A stretch of DNA of 64,000 nucleotides, taken from NCBI GenBank assembly GCA_951406725.2, contig OX597841.1:15748001-15812000 (forward strand), read 5' to 3'. This document shows positions 12,395 to 27,034 of this stretch, in pieces. How positions within the stretch are numbered: the first letter of the stretch is position 1; each line of letters starts with the position of its first letter. The position numbers and the translations under genes are program-made. Origin of the DNA: Octopus vulgaris. Lineage: Eukaryota. The notes beneath the pieces were generated by a model. That model made no database searches and was not told the DNA's origin. It saw only the letters and a program-made list of their open reading frames with translations.

Positions 12395-12818
12395 ATTTCT
12401 TTACTACCCACAAGGGGCTAGACACAGAGGGGACCAACAAGGACAGACAAACAGAATAAGTCGATTACATCGACCCCAGTGCGTAACTGGTACTTAATTT
12501 ATCGACACCCCGAAAGGATGAAAGGCAAAGTCGACCTCGGCGGAATTTGAACCCAGAACGTAACGTCAGACGAAATACCTATTTCTATTTCTTTATTACC
12601 CACAAGGGGCTAAACACAGAGGGGACCAACAAGGATAGACAAACGGAATAAGTCGATTACATCGACCCCAGTGCGTAACTGGTACTTAATTTATCGACCC
12701 CAAAAGGATGAAAGGCAAAGTCGACCTCGGCGGAATTTGAACCCAGAACGTAACGGCAGACGAAATACCGCTGAGCATTTCGCCCGGCGCGCTAACGTTT
12801 CTGCCAGCTCGCCGCCTT
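12395..12818 (-). mobile_element. SINE family B, dimeric (head plus 2 modules)
   Basis: Minus strand head GGCGGCGAGCTGGCAGAAACGTTAG, B-box-like GGTTCAAATTCC, junction at 12572; possible TSD CCAAACGC...ATACATA. Confidence 0.85.
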
Positions 12819-13330
12819 CCAAACGCGCATATATATACATATATATACAAGGTGCATTCCATATCTGTTCCTATAATCGATGATGATTTGGTCAGCGAAT
12901 CCTCTGTGACGGTTGAAAATCGATGACAAGACGAGGTGGCACGGATCACATTATCCTAAAGTGTGTTTGTATGGGACTGGGGACCACACGTGAATTTATA
13001 TTCCCAATGAAATTCCAAACATGACCTCCACACCGCAACAATGAATAACGGCTACGGGTAGGGCGGCCGCGCTTTCAGATGGGCTTGTTCACCCTTTAGG
13101 GAATTTGTCAAAACTGGAAGCTGGATTTTGGGACCACAGGGACAAGCATTTGTTTGTCTGCTGGCAGGGTAGGTCCAACCGTCGGATGCGGTCAATATTC
13201 ATGAGGGACGGGGTTGAAATCGTCGCTCGAATTCGGCTCAATCTACCCAGGGTCGAACCCGCTGCAAGTACAGGTAAGTAAGCAGCAGCCCATTACAACT
13301 GGGAAAATAATTGCGGCAAAACCTATGCCT

Positions 13331-14235
13331 TGGTGGTGGTGGTGGTGGAGATAGATGGTAGTGGTGGAGATGGTGCTGGTGGTTGTAGTTGTGGCGGTGG
13401 AGGTGCACTGGTGATGGTGGAGATAGTGGTGGTGAAGATGGTGCCGGTGGTTGCAGTTATGGTGGCGGTAGTGGTGGTGGTGGTGGTGGAGATGGCAGTG
13501 GTGGAGATGGTAGTAGTGGAGATGGTGCTGGTGGTTGTAGTTGTGGTGGCGGTGGTGGTGGTGATGGAGATAGTAGTGGTGGTTGTAGTTATGATGGTAG
13601 TATTGGTGAAGGTGGTGGTGGTGGTGTTGGTGGTGGAGATAGTGATGGTGGAGATAGTACTGGTGGTTGAAGTTGTGGCGGTGGAGGTGCACTGGTGATG
13701 GTGGAGATAGTGGTGGTGAAGATGGTGCCGGTGGTTGCAGTTATGGTGGCGGTGGTGGTGGTGGTGGTGGTGGAGATGGCAGTGGTGGAGATGGTAGTAG
13801 TGGAGATGGTGCTGGTGGTTGTAGTTGTGGTGGCGGTGGCGGTGGTGGTGGTGATGGAGATAGTAGTGGTGGTTGTAGTTATGATGGTAGTATTGGTGAA
13901 GGTGGTGGTGGTGGTGTTGGTGGTGGAGATAGTGATGGTGGAGATAGTACTGGTGGTTGTAGTTGTAGTGGTGATGGTGGTAGTGGTGCTTGTAGTTATG
14001 ATGGTGGTGGTGGTGGTGGTGGTATACCTTGAAGAATTTAGCCTGGTAGTAAAAGAATAAAAGAATGCATGTGTTTCAGAATGGAAGTACGAACAAGCAA
14101 CATCCACACCAACATCATCACCATCATCATAATCCTCTTCAACATCATCATAATCATCATCATCATTACCACCACCACCACCACCGACATCGCCTCTGCC
14201 ACCACCGCCATCGTCATCCTCATCATCATCATCAT

Positions 14236-14289
<54 letters not shown>

Positions 14290-14483
14290 CATCATCACCA
14301 TCACCATCATCATCATCATCATCATTACCACCACCACCATCATCCTCATCACCATCATCACCATCATCATCATGATCATCGTCATCATCATCATCATGAT
14401 CCTCATCATCATCACCACCATCATCATTATCATTACCACCACCACCACCACCACCATCACCATCGCCTTTGCCACCACCGTCG

Positions 14484-14519
<36 letters not shown>

Positions 14520-14771
14520 CCATCATCATCATCACCATCACCACCATCATCATCATGATCATCGTCATCATCATCATCATCATCACCATCATCATCATCA
14601 CCATCATCATCATCACCATCATCATCATCACCATCATCATCATCACCATCACCACCATCATCATCATGATCATCGTCATCATCATCATCATCATCATCAT
14701 CACTACCATCATCATTATCATTACCACCACCACCACCACCACCATCACCATCGCCTTTGCCACCACCGTCG

Positions 14772-14813
<42 letters not shown>

Positions 14814-14840
14814 CCATCATCATCATCACCATCACCACCA
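13331..14840. repeat. GGT-rich then CAT/CAC-rich compound microsatellites with ~285-bp higher-order duplications
   Basis: GTTGTGGCGGTGGAGGTGCACTGG at 13388 and 13672; CATCGCCTTTGCCACCACCGTCG at 14461 and 14749. Confidence 0.9.
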
Positions 14841-15406
14841 AAGACCAAAACAGCCATCCAAACGGCCTCGCCGCCCCTATATATATTCACAATCATCTCC
14901 GTCGTCGCCACCCGAGCAACCACATAATACCCTCGCTCCCATACACACACACACACACACACACACGCCTCTTCGCGTCCCTCCATCCACCCGCTCCACA
15001 CTACACCCTACACCACCACCCCACCCACCCACACCGCCACCCTCCGTCCTTCCCCACCAACCCACCCCGAACTTGTCAACTTTGTCAATCTGCGTCTGAT
15101 TACCCTCCGAGTCTTTGCCTGCCACATGGGCTGTTGCGTCGTTCGTGTGACGTAGGGAAGCGAAACCGCCACCCCGCGCCCACCACTTCTCCATGCGCGC
15201 GTGCACGTGTTCCCCCCACCCTCACACACCATCCTGCTGCCACCCTAACCAATCTACCACACACACAAACACACACACACACACACATACACACACTCAC
15301 CGCCACCACGGCCGTTTCAACGACACCGCCACCCTTACCCTTAAACTCCAAACATATACATGTATGTATATTCTGGTTTATGTATACATATATCTATCTT
15401 TCTATC

Positions 15407-15469
<63 letters not shown>

Positions 15470-15704
15470 GTATGCTTGGTGAGTGTTTACATAGATATTT
15501 TCGTGTAGACGTGTAATTATGTGTATACTCCTGCATATATATATATACATATATATATTTATACATATATAAATACATATATATATTTATATATATATAT
15601 ATATATACCAATTAAGGACTGCACACGAAAAGTGGACAGTCAACATGCTAGATATAGACGTCAAATCGCCATTCTCCACAAAAAAGTTTATGTTCTCAGA
15701 TCTC

Positions 15705-15752
<48 letters not shown>

Positions 15753-16021
15753 CGTATATACTTATGTAGGAATGTGTATGAATACATATGTGTATTTCCT
15801 TGTCTAAGTATGCATGTACATATCTGTGTGTAAATCAAAATGTATGAAACTATACACACACACACACACACAAATATATATACATATATATATAAACGCG
15901 CACACACATTCACATACAGCACCTACGTATGAATGTATAAGTAATCTTTAGTACGTGTGTACCTGCTTGCGCACTTACACACACAAACGCAAACATATAT
16001 ATATATATATACACAGATATA

Positions 16022-16066
<45 letters not shown>

Positions 16067-16165
16067 CTATGTATATATATGTGTATATATATATATATAT
16101 ATAATTATCTATATATATATTTATATAAATATATACACATGCATGTATATATAGATATACATATG

Positions 16166-16212
<47 letters not shown>

Positions 16213-16215
16213 GTA

Positions 16216-16270
<55 letters not shown>

Positions 16271-16387
16271 GTATATATGTGTATATATACATATATATAT
16301 ATGTGTGTGTGTGTATATATACATATATATATATGTGCGTGTGTATATGTATGTATGTATATACACACACACACACGCACCCTCACA

Positions 16388-16437
<50 letters not shown>

Positions 16438-16955
16438 TACACACATATATATATATACACACATGTAAGTGTGTGTGTCGTTTTATGCTCCCCTTTCTTC
16501 TCGTCAAACCAGTTTCGAGGCTGGCTTGCGTCAGAGTTTCTCGCAGGATGTGATAATAACGGGTACGCGGGAGGGTGGGTGGGGTGGGGGTGGGAGTGAT
16601 GAAGATGGAAGGCTTTTTGCGGATTGCCGGCAGCCCGGGGTGCCTGGGTGGCTGGCGGCGGCTGCGGCGGCTACTAAAGGAAAACAGGGGACAGTGAAGA
16701 AAGAGGAGGAGGAAAAGAGAGAGAGAGAGAAAGAAAGAGTGTGTGTGTGAGTCGTGGGGGTTGGAAATTAGATTAATTCGTTTTTTCTTTTTCTTATTGT
16801 TTTGTTTTGTTTTGTTTCGTTTTGTTTGTACCCCCCTCCCCATTCTATACCCCGGTAGCATATGCATACACCCTCACCTAACCACACCGCAATCACCACC
16901 ACACCGCCTCTGTGGCACCCTTCTAGACGCATGCCAATGTGACAGTCTGAAAATG

Positions 16956-17012
<57 letters not shown>

Positions 17013-17131
17013 AATATATATATATACATATATATCTATACAAAAAAATATATGCATATATATGTGTATGTATGTATGTATAAATATATATACATATATG
17101 TACCTATGTATATATGTATACATATATATTG

Positions 17132-17201
<70 letters not shown>

Positions 17202-17386
17202 GTATATTTAAACCCTTATTTGGTATGCTTACATTCAGAGCGATAACATAGCATCTATATATGTATATGAGTGTGTATATATGTATATATATATATATAT
17301 ATATATGCGTTTGTGAGTGTATACGTAATGTTATCTATGGATATGCATGTATATATATATATATGTGTGTGTGTGTGTCTGTGGGT

Positions 17387-17441
<55 letters not shown>

Positions 17442-17504
17442 CATACATACATACGTACATACATATATATATATAAATGCATATACAGGCATACTTATAC
17501 ATGC

Positions 17505-17570
<66 letters not shown>

Positions 17571-17977
17571 GAATATACATAAGCGAAAGGAGGACACTTA
17601 AAGAAACTTCAAGGCACGTGTACAACCACACATACACACACACAGAAGCACACTCTAGGGGTGGGACAAGTAGTTATACACTCTGTCACCCTCGCCGACA
17701 GGACGCTGTAAACCCACTCCCACCCCATCACCCCGTTCGTTCCTGCTCCTATATACACCCACTTTTTTCGTCCCCACCCCCAACAAATCCCTCCCTCGGC
17801 AGTGTTTCACGTGGCCCTGGTACGCGCCTCTCATTTACATTTTTTGTATACATTTTATTTTTTCCTTTTCGTCTTTTCTTGTTATCACTATACACGCTTG
17901 TTGCCATGAAGGCATGTGCAGTATATACATACACCCACACACACACATACACACACACACACACGCACATATATATA

Positions 17978-19048
17978 GGCGCAGGAGTGGCTGTGTGCAA
18001 GAAGTTCGCTTTCCAACGAGAGGGTCCTGGGTTCTGTCCCACTGCATTGCAAGTCTCTTCCACTAATAGCCACGGGCTGCCAAAGCTTTGTGATTGCATT
18101 TGGTTGATGGAAACTGAAAGAAGCCCATCGTATATATATATATATATATATATATTTAGGCGCAGGTGTGGTTGTGTGGTAAGTAGCTTGCTTACCAACC
18201 ACATGGTTCCAGGTTCAGTCCCACTGCGTGGCACCTTGGGCAAGTGTCTTTTCCTATAGCCTCGGGCGGACCAAAGCCTTTGAGTGGATTTGGTAGATGG
18301 AAACTGAGAGAAGCGCGTCGTATATATATATATATATGTATGTATGTGTGTGTGTGTATGTAAATGTTGTGTGTTTGTCACCCCCCCACCCATCACTTGA
18401 CAACCGATGCTGGTGTGTTTGCGTCCCCGTAACCTAGCGGTTCGGGAAAGGAGACCGATAGAATAAGTACTAGGCTTACAAAAAGGTGGTGCTCTAGCAA
18501 CGCCGCAGCCAAATGACAAACAAATAAAAGAATAAAAGAATACATATATAAAGGCAGGCACGTGGCTGTGTGGTAAGAAGTGTGCTTGCCATTGCCAACC
18601 TCGTGGTTTCAAGTTCAATCCCAAGGTGTGTCACTTGGGCAAGTGTCTTCTACTGTGCCCCGAAGGTGGCCAAAGCTTTGTGAGAGGATTTGGTAGACTG
18701 AAAACGAAAGAAGTGTGTGACGGGTTCCCTTACAGTTTCCAATATTTTTACTGCCCACAGGGGGCTACACACAGAGGGGACAAACAAGGACAGACAAACA
18801 AAGTTGTCCCCACCGCTGCTTGGCAAATGACATCTGGTGTGTTTACGTTCTTGTAACTTAACGGTTCGGCAAAAGACACCAATAGAATAAGTACAAGGCT
18901 TTTTTTTTTTTTAAAGTACTGGGACCAATTCGTGGGACTAAAATTCATCAAGGCGGTGCAGCAGCATGGCCGCAAATCCACTCACAAGGCTTTGGTCGGC
19001 CCGAGGCTATAGTAGAAGACACTTGCCCAAGGTGCCACGCTGTGGAAC
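17978..19048. mobile_element. Cluster of SINE family A copies and fragments in both orientations, plus a SINE B tail
   Basis: Heads at 17978, 18159 and ~18553 (+); 3' half ~18805-18972 (+); 5' half 18973-19048 (-). Confidence 0.8.
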
Positions 19049-19199
19049 CGAACCCAGAACCATATGGTTGGGAAGCAAGCTACTTACCACACAGCCACTC
19101 CTACGCCTATTCTCAGTGAATAGAACATGGCATGCAGGGTCGAAGTAGAAAAAATCAAGCAAAATGACCAACCACTCTGAAGTGACGTTCCCAAACTAT

Positions 19200-19560
19200 A
19201 CAAGTAAGAGAATGCAACCCAACCTTTGTGTGAATGCGTTGGCTGGATACCAAAATCTAGCCCAAGTCCTTGTGAGGCGCCCTTGTATCAAATGAGGTCA
19301 GGCGACCCTGGACAGTGTCCAAGTCTCGTAACAGCATAGCAGTATAGAAAGCGAGGGTTGACCAGAGACGCAAAGACCTGAAACTTTGTCCTCTTGTTTT
19401 GATATCGGCAACACCAAACTCCCTTGTCCACTAAGTCCACGACTGCTCCAGCCTGTCCAAGTCTTTTTAAGACTCCCTCGTCGCAGCTAATGCTGGTATG
19501 GTTCACGCTGCCGAGATAAGCGAAGCGGTCAACAAATCCGGTATTTTTCACCCTGAACAA
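19200..19560 (-). pseudogene. RTE-clade LINE ORF fragment (post-RT region)
   Basis: VDRFAYLGS...DEGVLKRLGQA...VW....KRTKFQVFASLV...LY matches the RTE motif V..F.YLGS...EI..RIG.A...TK..V...V...LLYG. Confidence 0.8.
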
Positions 19561-19693
19561 GCTTACTGTAAGGAATTATCTGACACTCTGTCGGTTCCGA
19601 CGACGATGGGGGTTCCAGTGGATGTGGTCAGCAGAGGAGCCTCCTTGCGAAATTAACATGCCAGTAGCTGAGTATACCACAGACCCGTGTACC

Positions 19694-20108
19694 TATTTCT
19701 CTACTACCCACAAGGGTCTAAACACAGAGAGGACAAACAAGGACAGACAAACGGATTAAGTCGGTTACATCGGCCCCAGTGCGTAACTGGTATTTATTTA
19801 ATCGACCCCGAAAGGATGAAAGGCAAAGTCGACCTCGGCGGAATTTGAACTCAGAACGTAAAGACAGACGAAATACCTATTTCTTTACTACCCACAAGGG
19901 CTAAACACAGAGGGGACAAACAAGGACAGACAAACGGATTAAGTCGATTATATCGACTCCAGTGTGTAACTGGTACTTAATTTATCGACCCCGAAAGGAT
20001 GAAAGGCAAAGTCGACCGCGGCGGAATTTGAACTCAGAACGTAGCGGCAGACGAAATACCGCTGAGCATTTCGACCGGCGTGCTAACGTTTCTGCCAGCT
20101 CGTCGCTT
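19694..20108 (-). mobile_element. SINE family B dimer nested in a SINE C copy (~19585-20335)
   Basis: Junction at 19870; flanks rejoin as SINE C sequence CGTGTACC|CTTAACGTAGTTCTC. Confidence 0.82.
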
Positions 20109-20459
20109 AACGTAGTTCTCAGAGAGATTCAGCGTGACACAGACTGTTACAAGGCCGGCCCCTTTGAATTACAGGTACAGTTCGATTTTGCCAGCTGAGT
20201 GGACTGGAGCAACATGAAAATGAAGTGTCTTGCTCAAGGATACACCACATCATCGGAAACGGAACTCATGAGGAATCGAACGCATGACCTTGCGATCGCG
20301 ACACGAATACCGAAACCACTAAAAAAGGCGCCTTCACACTGTCAGATTTAGCACACGGAATATTAGATTGCATTAATGAATTTGTGTTGCAGGATTCTTG
20401 ATGTGAAACCGTGTGTTGAAACAAATATTGTTATAATTCGGGATTGACATTTTTTTTCC

Positions 20460-20922
20460 TTTTCTTTCATTTGTTTCAGTCATTTGACTGCAGCCATGCT
20501 GGAGCACCGCCTTTTTAGTCGAACAAATCGACCCCGGGAGATATTCTTTGAAAAGCCTTTATACTTATTCTACCGGTCTCTTTTTGCCGAACCACTACGT
20601 TACGGGGACGTAAACAGACCAAGATCGGTTCTCAACCGATGGTGGGAGGACAAACGCATACATACATCAATACATACATACATACATACATACATACATA
20701 CATACATACATACATACATACATACATCAATACATACATACATACATGCATGCATGCATACATACATACATACATACATACATACATACATACATACATA
20801 CATACATACATACATACATACATACATACATACATACATACATACATACATACATACATACATGCATGCATGCATACATACATACATACATACACATATA
20901 CATACATACATACATACATACA

Positions 20923-20953
<31 letters not shown>

Positions 20954-21105
20954 GTTCGACGTGCTTCTTTCAGTTTCCGTCCACCAAATCCACTCACAAG
21001 GCTTTGGGGCGGGTCGAGGCTTTAGTATAAGACACCTTCCCAAGATGCCACGCAGTGGGACTGAACCTGGAACCGTGTGGTTGGGAAGCAAGTTCCTTAC
21101 ACAGC
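20460..21105 (-). mobile_element. SINE family A, diverged, with internal (TACA)n expansion
   Basis: Family A halves flank ~290 bp of (CATA)n. Confidence 0.8.
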
Positions 21106-21147
21106 CATATATATATACATATACAAATATATATAATATACATATAC

Positions 21148-21205
<58 letters not shown>

Positions 21206-21474
21206 GTACACATGTATACTTACACGTCTAAATGTGTGTTTGTATGAAATACATACATGTATGCATACATACATACATACATGCATACATACATACATAC
21301 ATACATACATACATACACACACACATACACACATACGCATTATCCAAATTTAACACCAAACGACAGCATCGCGAAAGTTGACTCCCAAAATTTTCTTCAC
21401 AGAAAAAAAGAAACAAATTCAGAAAATATTTAGCTTTAAATAAATAAAATAAAACCAAGAACACCAAGAACACC

Positions 21475-21506
<32 letters not shown>

Positions 21507-21855
21507 CAGAAGCCGAAAGAAACTGTTTTGCAACAGTTTTTCTCTCCTCTCCCTCCTACGTACCTCCCCACTCCACGGTCTCAACTCTCTAACTCTGTCT
21601 ACCCGTACCACTCTTCTCTCTCTCTCTCTCTTTCTATGTGTGTCAAGATAATCTTGACAACACGCGCCTTTTCGAAATTTGTTACTTAAGCTGTCGTCCC
21701 ACATCGAAGAATTTCCTTTCCTCTCACCATCCCTCTCTCTCTTCTTTCCTTACTCTGTTTCGCCGTCTCTCGCTTTATCGCTCAATTTTTATAACTACAT
21801 ACACACGTCGTATGTGTTTATATATATATATTATATACATATATATATATTTATA

Positions 21856-21936
<81 letters not shown>

Positions 21937-22114
21937 GTATATATGTGTGTGTATATATATGTCTATGTGTATGTATATATATAGATGTATATATGAATGT
22001 TTATATAAGCAAGAATATAAGTTTGTGTATATATATATATATATATATATATGAGTGTATGTATATATGTATATATACAAATAGACAGCACACCCACCCA
22101 CACACATATATATG

Positions 22115-22174
<60 letters not shown>

Positions 22175-22595
22175 CATACATACATATATAAACATGTAAG
22201 TTATGATGCGCGCGTGCGTGCATGTGTGTGTGTTTGTAGACGTGTGTTTTTGGTAAACTGAGAACGGCCTTTAAGTCTGCAGTTTGGTAATAGGAATGGC
22301 ACCGCCGAAAACATTCTGCGAGACCCAGGAAGAGCGGGGTGGTAGACATACGCGTGTACGCGCGCGTGTGGCTTCGCCAGAGCCGATACATACACACATG
22401 CCTACATACATACACTCACACATACTTACATATACCTACGCACATATATATATTTATGTATATATATATGTATGTATATATATATATATATATACATATA
22501 TATATGTATATATATATACATATATATATTGTATATTATAATTACAAATTGATATATGTATAATACGTACATACATATACATACATATATATGTG

Positions 22596-22633
<38 letters not shown>

Positions 22634-22668
22634 TATATACATATATATATACATACATATATATATAC

Positions 22669-22700
<32 letters not shown>

Positions 22701-23033
22701 TATATATATGTATAATACGTACACACATATACATATATATATATATATGTGTCTGTATATGTGTGTGTGTGTGTACATGCCTGCGCATGCGCACACACAA
22801 GCGTGTGTTGGTTTTGCTGGACTGCATTCTTGCTTTATCTGGGTCTTATATGATAGTATGGGTGTGTGTATGGTTGGAGTCCTTGTTTGTGTTGTTATTG
22901 CTGTCGTTGTGGTTGGTTATGGTGGTGATGGTAGAGGCGATTGTGGTGGCCACGGTAGGAGTGGAGCGTGTAGAAATATACAGCGTAGGAGGCATCGCTT
23001 TACTTCATCATTTTTTTTCATTACATGCGCGTG

Positions 23034-23088
<55 letters not shown>

Positions 23089-23332
23089 GTATGTATAGAA
23101 ATAGCATCAACAACTGGTCCTCCGTCGGTTACGAGGATGAGCGTTTCTGTTGAACCGATCAACAGAACTGCCTTCTCGTGAAATTATTCAGTAGTCTTTA
23201 AATAAATAAAATAAAACCAAGAACACCAACAACAACAACAGTAGCTGAGAGAAACTGTTTTGCAACAGTTTTTCTCCTCTCCCTCCTACGTACCTCCCCA
23301 CTCCACGGTATCAACTCTCTAACTCTGTCTAC

Positions 23333-24092
23333 TTGTACTTTCACTTCACCACCGAGCGCAGCTCTGTGTGCCTTGGGTATGTGCCGTGATTTGTTGTGAT
23401 GCTCTTGCTTTTACTGTATTGAAAGTGTTTTACGTAGGATGTGTGCGGTGCCCAGTAGTGCAATTTTCTGTATGTTGTATATATTTGTAAGTCCTGGTGT
23501 TTTGTTACTCTTTACTCTCTTTTACTTGTTTCAGTCAGTTGACTGCGGCCATGCTGGAGCACCGCCTTTAGTCGAGCAAATCGACCCCAAGACTTATTCT
23601 TTGTAAGCCTAGTACTTATTTTATCGGCGTCTTTTTGCCGAACCGCTAGGTTACGGGGACGTAAACACACCAGCATCGGTTGTCAAGCGATGTTGGGGGG
23701 ACAAACACAGACACACAAACACGCACATACACATATATGTATATACATATATACGACGGGCTTCTTTCAGTTTCCGTCTACCAAATCCACTCACAAGGCT
23801 TTGGTCGGCCCGGGGCTATAGCAGAAGACACTTGCCCAAGGTGTCACGCAGTGGGACTGAACCCTGAACCATGTGGTTCGTAAGCAAGTTACTTACCACA
23901 CAGCCACTCCGGCGCCTATTTGTCTGAATTTTTTTTTTTTCATACATAATGCTCCTACAATGATAGGAATTGTTTCTGTTTTTAGACTCCACATTCGAGT
24001 TAACTCTATTTCAAGATCTTCGTATTTTGAAAGTTTCTCCGTTTCTTTTAGAGACACGTTGTCATCTGCTGGTATTGAGACATTGATTAGAA
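23333..24092 (-). pseudogene. R4/Dong-like RLE-type LINE 3' fragment, interrupted by SINE A
   Basis: FLINVSIPADDNVSLKETEKLSKYEDLEIELTRMWSLKTETIPIIVGAL...TPGLTNIYNIQKIALLGTAHILRKTLSIQ*; typical RLE C-terminus. Confidence 0.8.
23506..23918 (-). mobile_element. SINE family A, full length
   Basis: Family A head, body and tail. Confidence 0.88.
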
Positions 24093-24099
24093 AATATTC

Positions 24100-24232
24100 T
24101 TACCTCCGCCTTAGTGAAGGCGGGGGTATTGTTTTCAGTCATGTTTGTTTGTTTGTCTGTGGACAAGATATCTCAAGAACAGCAGGATGGATTCGGATGA
24201 AACTTTCAGGGATGTTTGGCCTTGTGACTGTC
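24100..24232 (+). mobile_element. Helentron-associated non-autonomous element (HINE/DINE-1-like) 5' part
   Basis: TTACCTCCGCC-ttagtgaa-GGCGGGGGTA hairpin, (TGTT)n/TGTC run, then GGATTCGGATGAAACTTT; typical HINE layout. Confidence 0.6.
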
Positions 24233-24356
24233 AACCACATGGTTCCGGGTTCAGTCCCACTGTGTGGCAACTTGAGCAAGTGTCTTTTACTATATCCTGG
24301 GGCTGACCAAAGCCTTGTGAGTGGATTTGGTAAACGGTAACTGAAAGCAACCCGTC

Positions 24357-24418
<62 letters not shown>

Positions 24419-24570
24419 AACAATGCTTGGCAACCGATGCTGGTGTGATTACGGCCGCGCAACTTGACCATCGAATGAGTACTACGCTTACAAAGAATAA
24501 GTCCTGGGGTCGACTAAAGGTGGTGCCCCAGCATGGTCGCAGTCAAATGACTGAAACAAGTAAATGAATA
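24233..24570 (+). mobile_element. SINE family A, truncated and diverged
   Basis: Homology to family A. Confidence 0.78.
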
Positions 24571-24763
24571 ATAGATTCAACAACATAGATGCAATAAAAC
24601 TTTTGAATTCAAAGAATCTATGGGTTTCTTCTTCTCAAATAAAGGGGGTAACGGCGGCGTAAATAAATATATTGGGGGGGGGGGGGAGCGGAATCGGTTA
24701 AAAACGTACCTCAGTCCCTGATGTACAGGTTTCACTCATCAGTCTTGTAAATTCATATATATA

Positions 24764-25382
24764 ACGGCGTGCTAACGTTTCTTATTTCTTTATTGCCCAC
24801 AGGAGGGTAAACACAGAGGGGACAAACAAGGACAGACAGAGGGATTTAGACGATTACATCGATCTCAGTGCGTAACTGGTACTTAATTTATCGATCCCGT
24901 AAGGATGAAAGACAAAGTCAACCTCGGCGGAATTTGAATTCAGAACATAAAGATAGGCGAAATACCTATTTCTTTACTGCCCACAAGGGGCTAAACACAG
25001 AGGGGACAAACAAGGACAGACAAACGGATGAAGTCGATTACATCGATCCCAGTGCGTAACTGGTACTTAATTTATCGATCCCGAAAGGATGAAAGGCAAA
25101 GTCAACCTCGGCGGAATTTGAATTCAGAACATAAAGATAGGCGAAATACCTATTTCTTTACTGCCCACAAGGGGCTAAACACAGAGGGGACAAACAAGGA
25201 CAGACAAACGGATTAAGTCGATTACATCGACGCCAGTGCATAACTGGTACTTAATTTATCGATCCCGTAAGGATGAAAGGCAAAGTCGACCTCAGCGGAA
25301 TTTGAACTCAGAACATAACGGTAGACGAAATACCGCTAAGCATTTCGCCCGGCGTGCTAACGATTCTGCCAGCTCGCCACCT
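24764..25382 (-). mobile_element. SINE family B trimer with 19-bp target-site duplication
   Basis: Junctions at 24959 and 25143 (184-bp period); TTGTAAATTCATA(T/C)ATATA at 24745-24763 and 25383-25401. Confidence 0.88.
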
Positions 25383-25520
25383 TTGTAAATTCATACATAT
25401 ATAGTAAAACATACATAAGAGAGTTGGTTAGGATTTGAGAGAGATTTGACTGCTAGTTCTAGCAGGTCGAGTGTCCTCCGTTCTGCGTTCACATACGCAA
25501 TTCTCTTGTACGGAAGTGTG

Positions 25521-25555
<35 letters not shown>

Positions 25556-25685
25556 GTAAGCACGAGAAAAACTGGTTACAACTCAGGGTGGATGAAGCAA
25601 AACTAGAACAGGGTGGGGTTGCAGATAGCCCTAGGGGAGATAAGGGATTTGATGGCTGTAATATTATACACACACACATCTATGT

Positions 25686-25743
<58 letters not shown>

Positions 25744-25783
25744 CGTACATAATATATATATATTTTCGTTTCTATATATATAC

Positions 25784-25825
<42 letters not shown>

Positions 25826-25956
25826 ATGTATATATACCCGTATGTGTGTGTTCATAGATAAGGAATCATTTACATGCCTATACAGCTCGTGGGGTACTTT
25901 TCTTGTGTACATTCTTCTGGGTACATTTCTGTTTACGAGATATCACACACACATAG

Positions 25957-25999
<43 letters not shown>

Positions 26000-26132
26000 C
26001 ATACATATGTACACATACAAACATGTATATATTCATATACACATACTCACTCAAGCATGCAGTAAATACACACACACACACATACACACACGCATATATA
26101 TGCATGTATACGCGTGTATGTTTTTAGTTGCC

Positions 26133-26165
<33 letters not shown>

Positions 26166-26198
26166 CAGATGTGAACAAGCCTAGCGGGCAAATTTGTT

Positions 26199-26356
26199 TG
26201 ATGATGATGGTGATGGTGATGATGATGATGACGACGACGACGACGACGATGATAATGATGATGATGGTGGTGGTGCTGGTGATGATGATGATGATGAGGA
26301 GGAGGAGGAGGAGGAGGATGGTGATGATGATGATGATGTTGATGGTGATGATGATG

Positions 26357-26387
<31 letters not shown>

Positions 26388-26405
26388 TGATGATAATAAT
26401 GATGA

Positions 26406-26439
<34 letters not shown>

Positions 26440-26532
26440 GATGATGGTGATGATGATGATGATGATGGAAATGGTGATCATGATGATGGTGGTGGTGATG
26501 GTGATGATGACGATGATGACGATGACGATGAC

Positions 26533-26567
<35 letters not shown>

Positions 26568-26663
26568 CGATGATGGTGATGATGGTGATGATGATGGTGA
26601 TGGTTATGATGATGGTGATGATGATGATGATGATGGAAATGGTGATCATGATGATGGTGATGG

Positions 26664-26721
<58 letters not shown>

Positions 26722-26745
26722 GATGATGATGATGATGACGATGAC
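26199..26745. repeat. (GAT)n-based compound microsatellite
   Basis: Directly visible; explains poly-D/M/I ORFs. Confidence 0.95.
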
Positions 26746-27034
26746 GTCCATGATTATCATTATTACGATAATAGTTTAAACAGTTAAGGCCCGAGCGAGG
26801 AAATCATCTGAAGCGATAAAGATTGGACAGCCGCTTAAGAACAACAACAACAACAGTCGCAACACACACACATAAGAAAGATGGGCGGGTTTGATGAAGA
26901 GAATGAGAGGCTGAACTGATAAGTGAAATTTTGGGAAAAAAATAAATAAATATATATATGTGTAAAAATAAATACATCTATCACTGGCTTGAAAATAAAT
27001 AAATGTCGCTTTCCTTTGAGCGCCCCCTAAGGGG

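Noticed and set aside
13330-15508. Gly/Asp/His-rich ORFs resembling biomineral or beak structural proteins
   Set aside because: Several frames on both strands are open, as expected for GGT/CAT microsatellites; no signal peptide or exon boundaries seen. Expression data would be needed to revive the idea
24715-24745. Minus-strand CTGATGA-GT-GAAA-CCTG-TA hammerhead-like string
   Set aside because: No stem II and no stem I; at most a deleted relic
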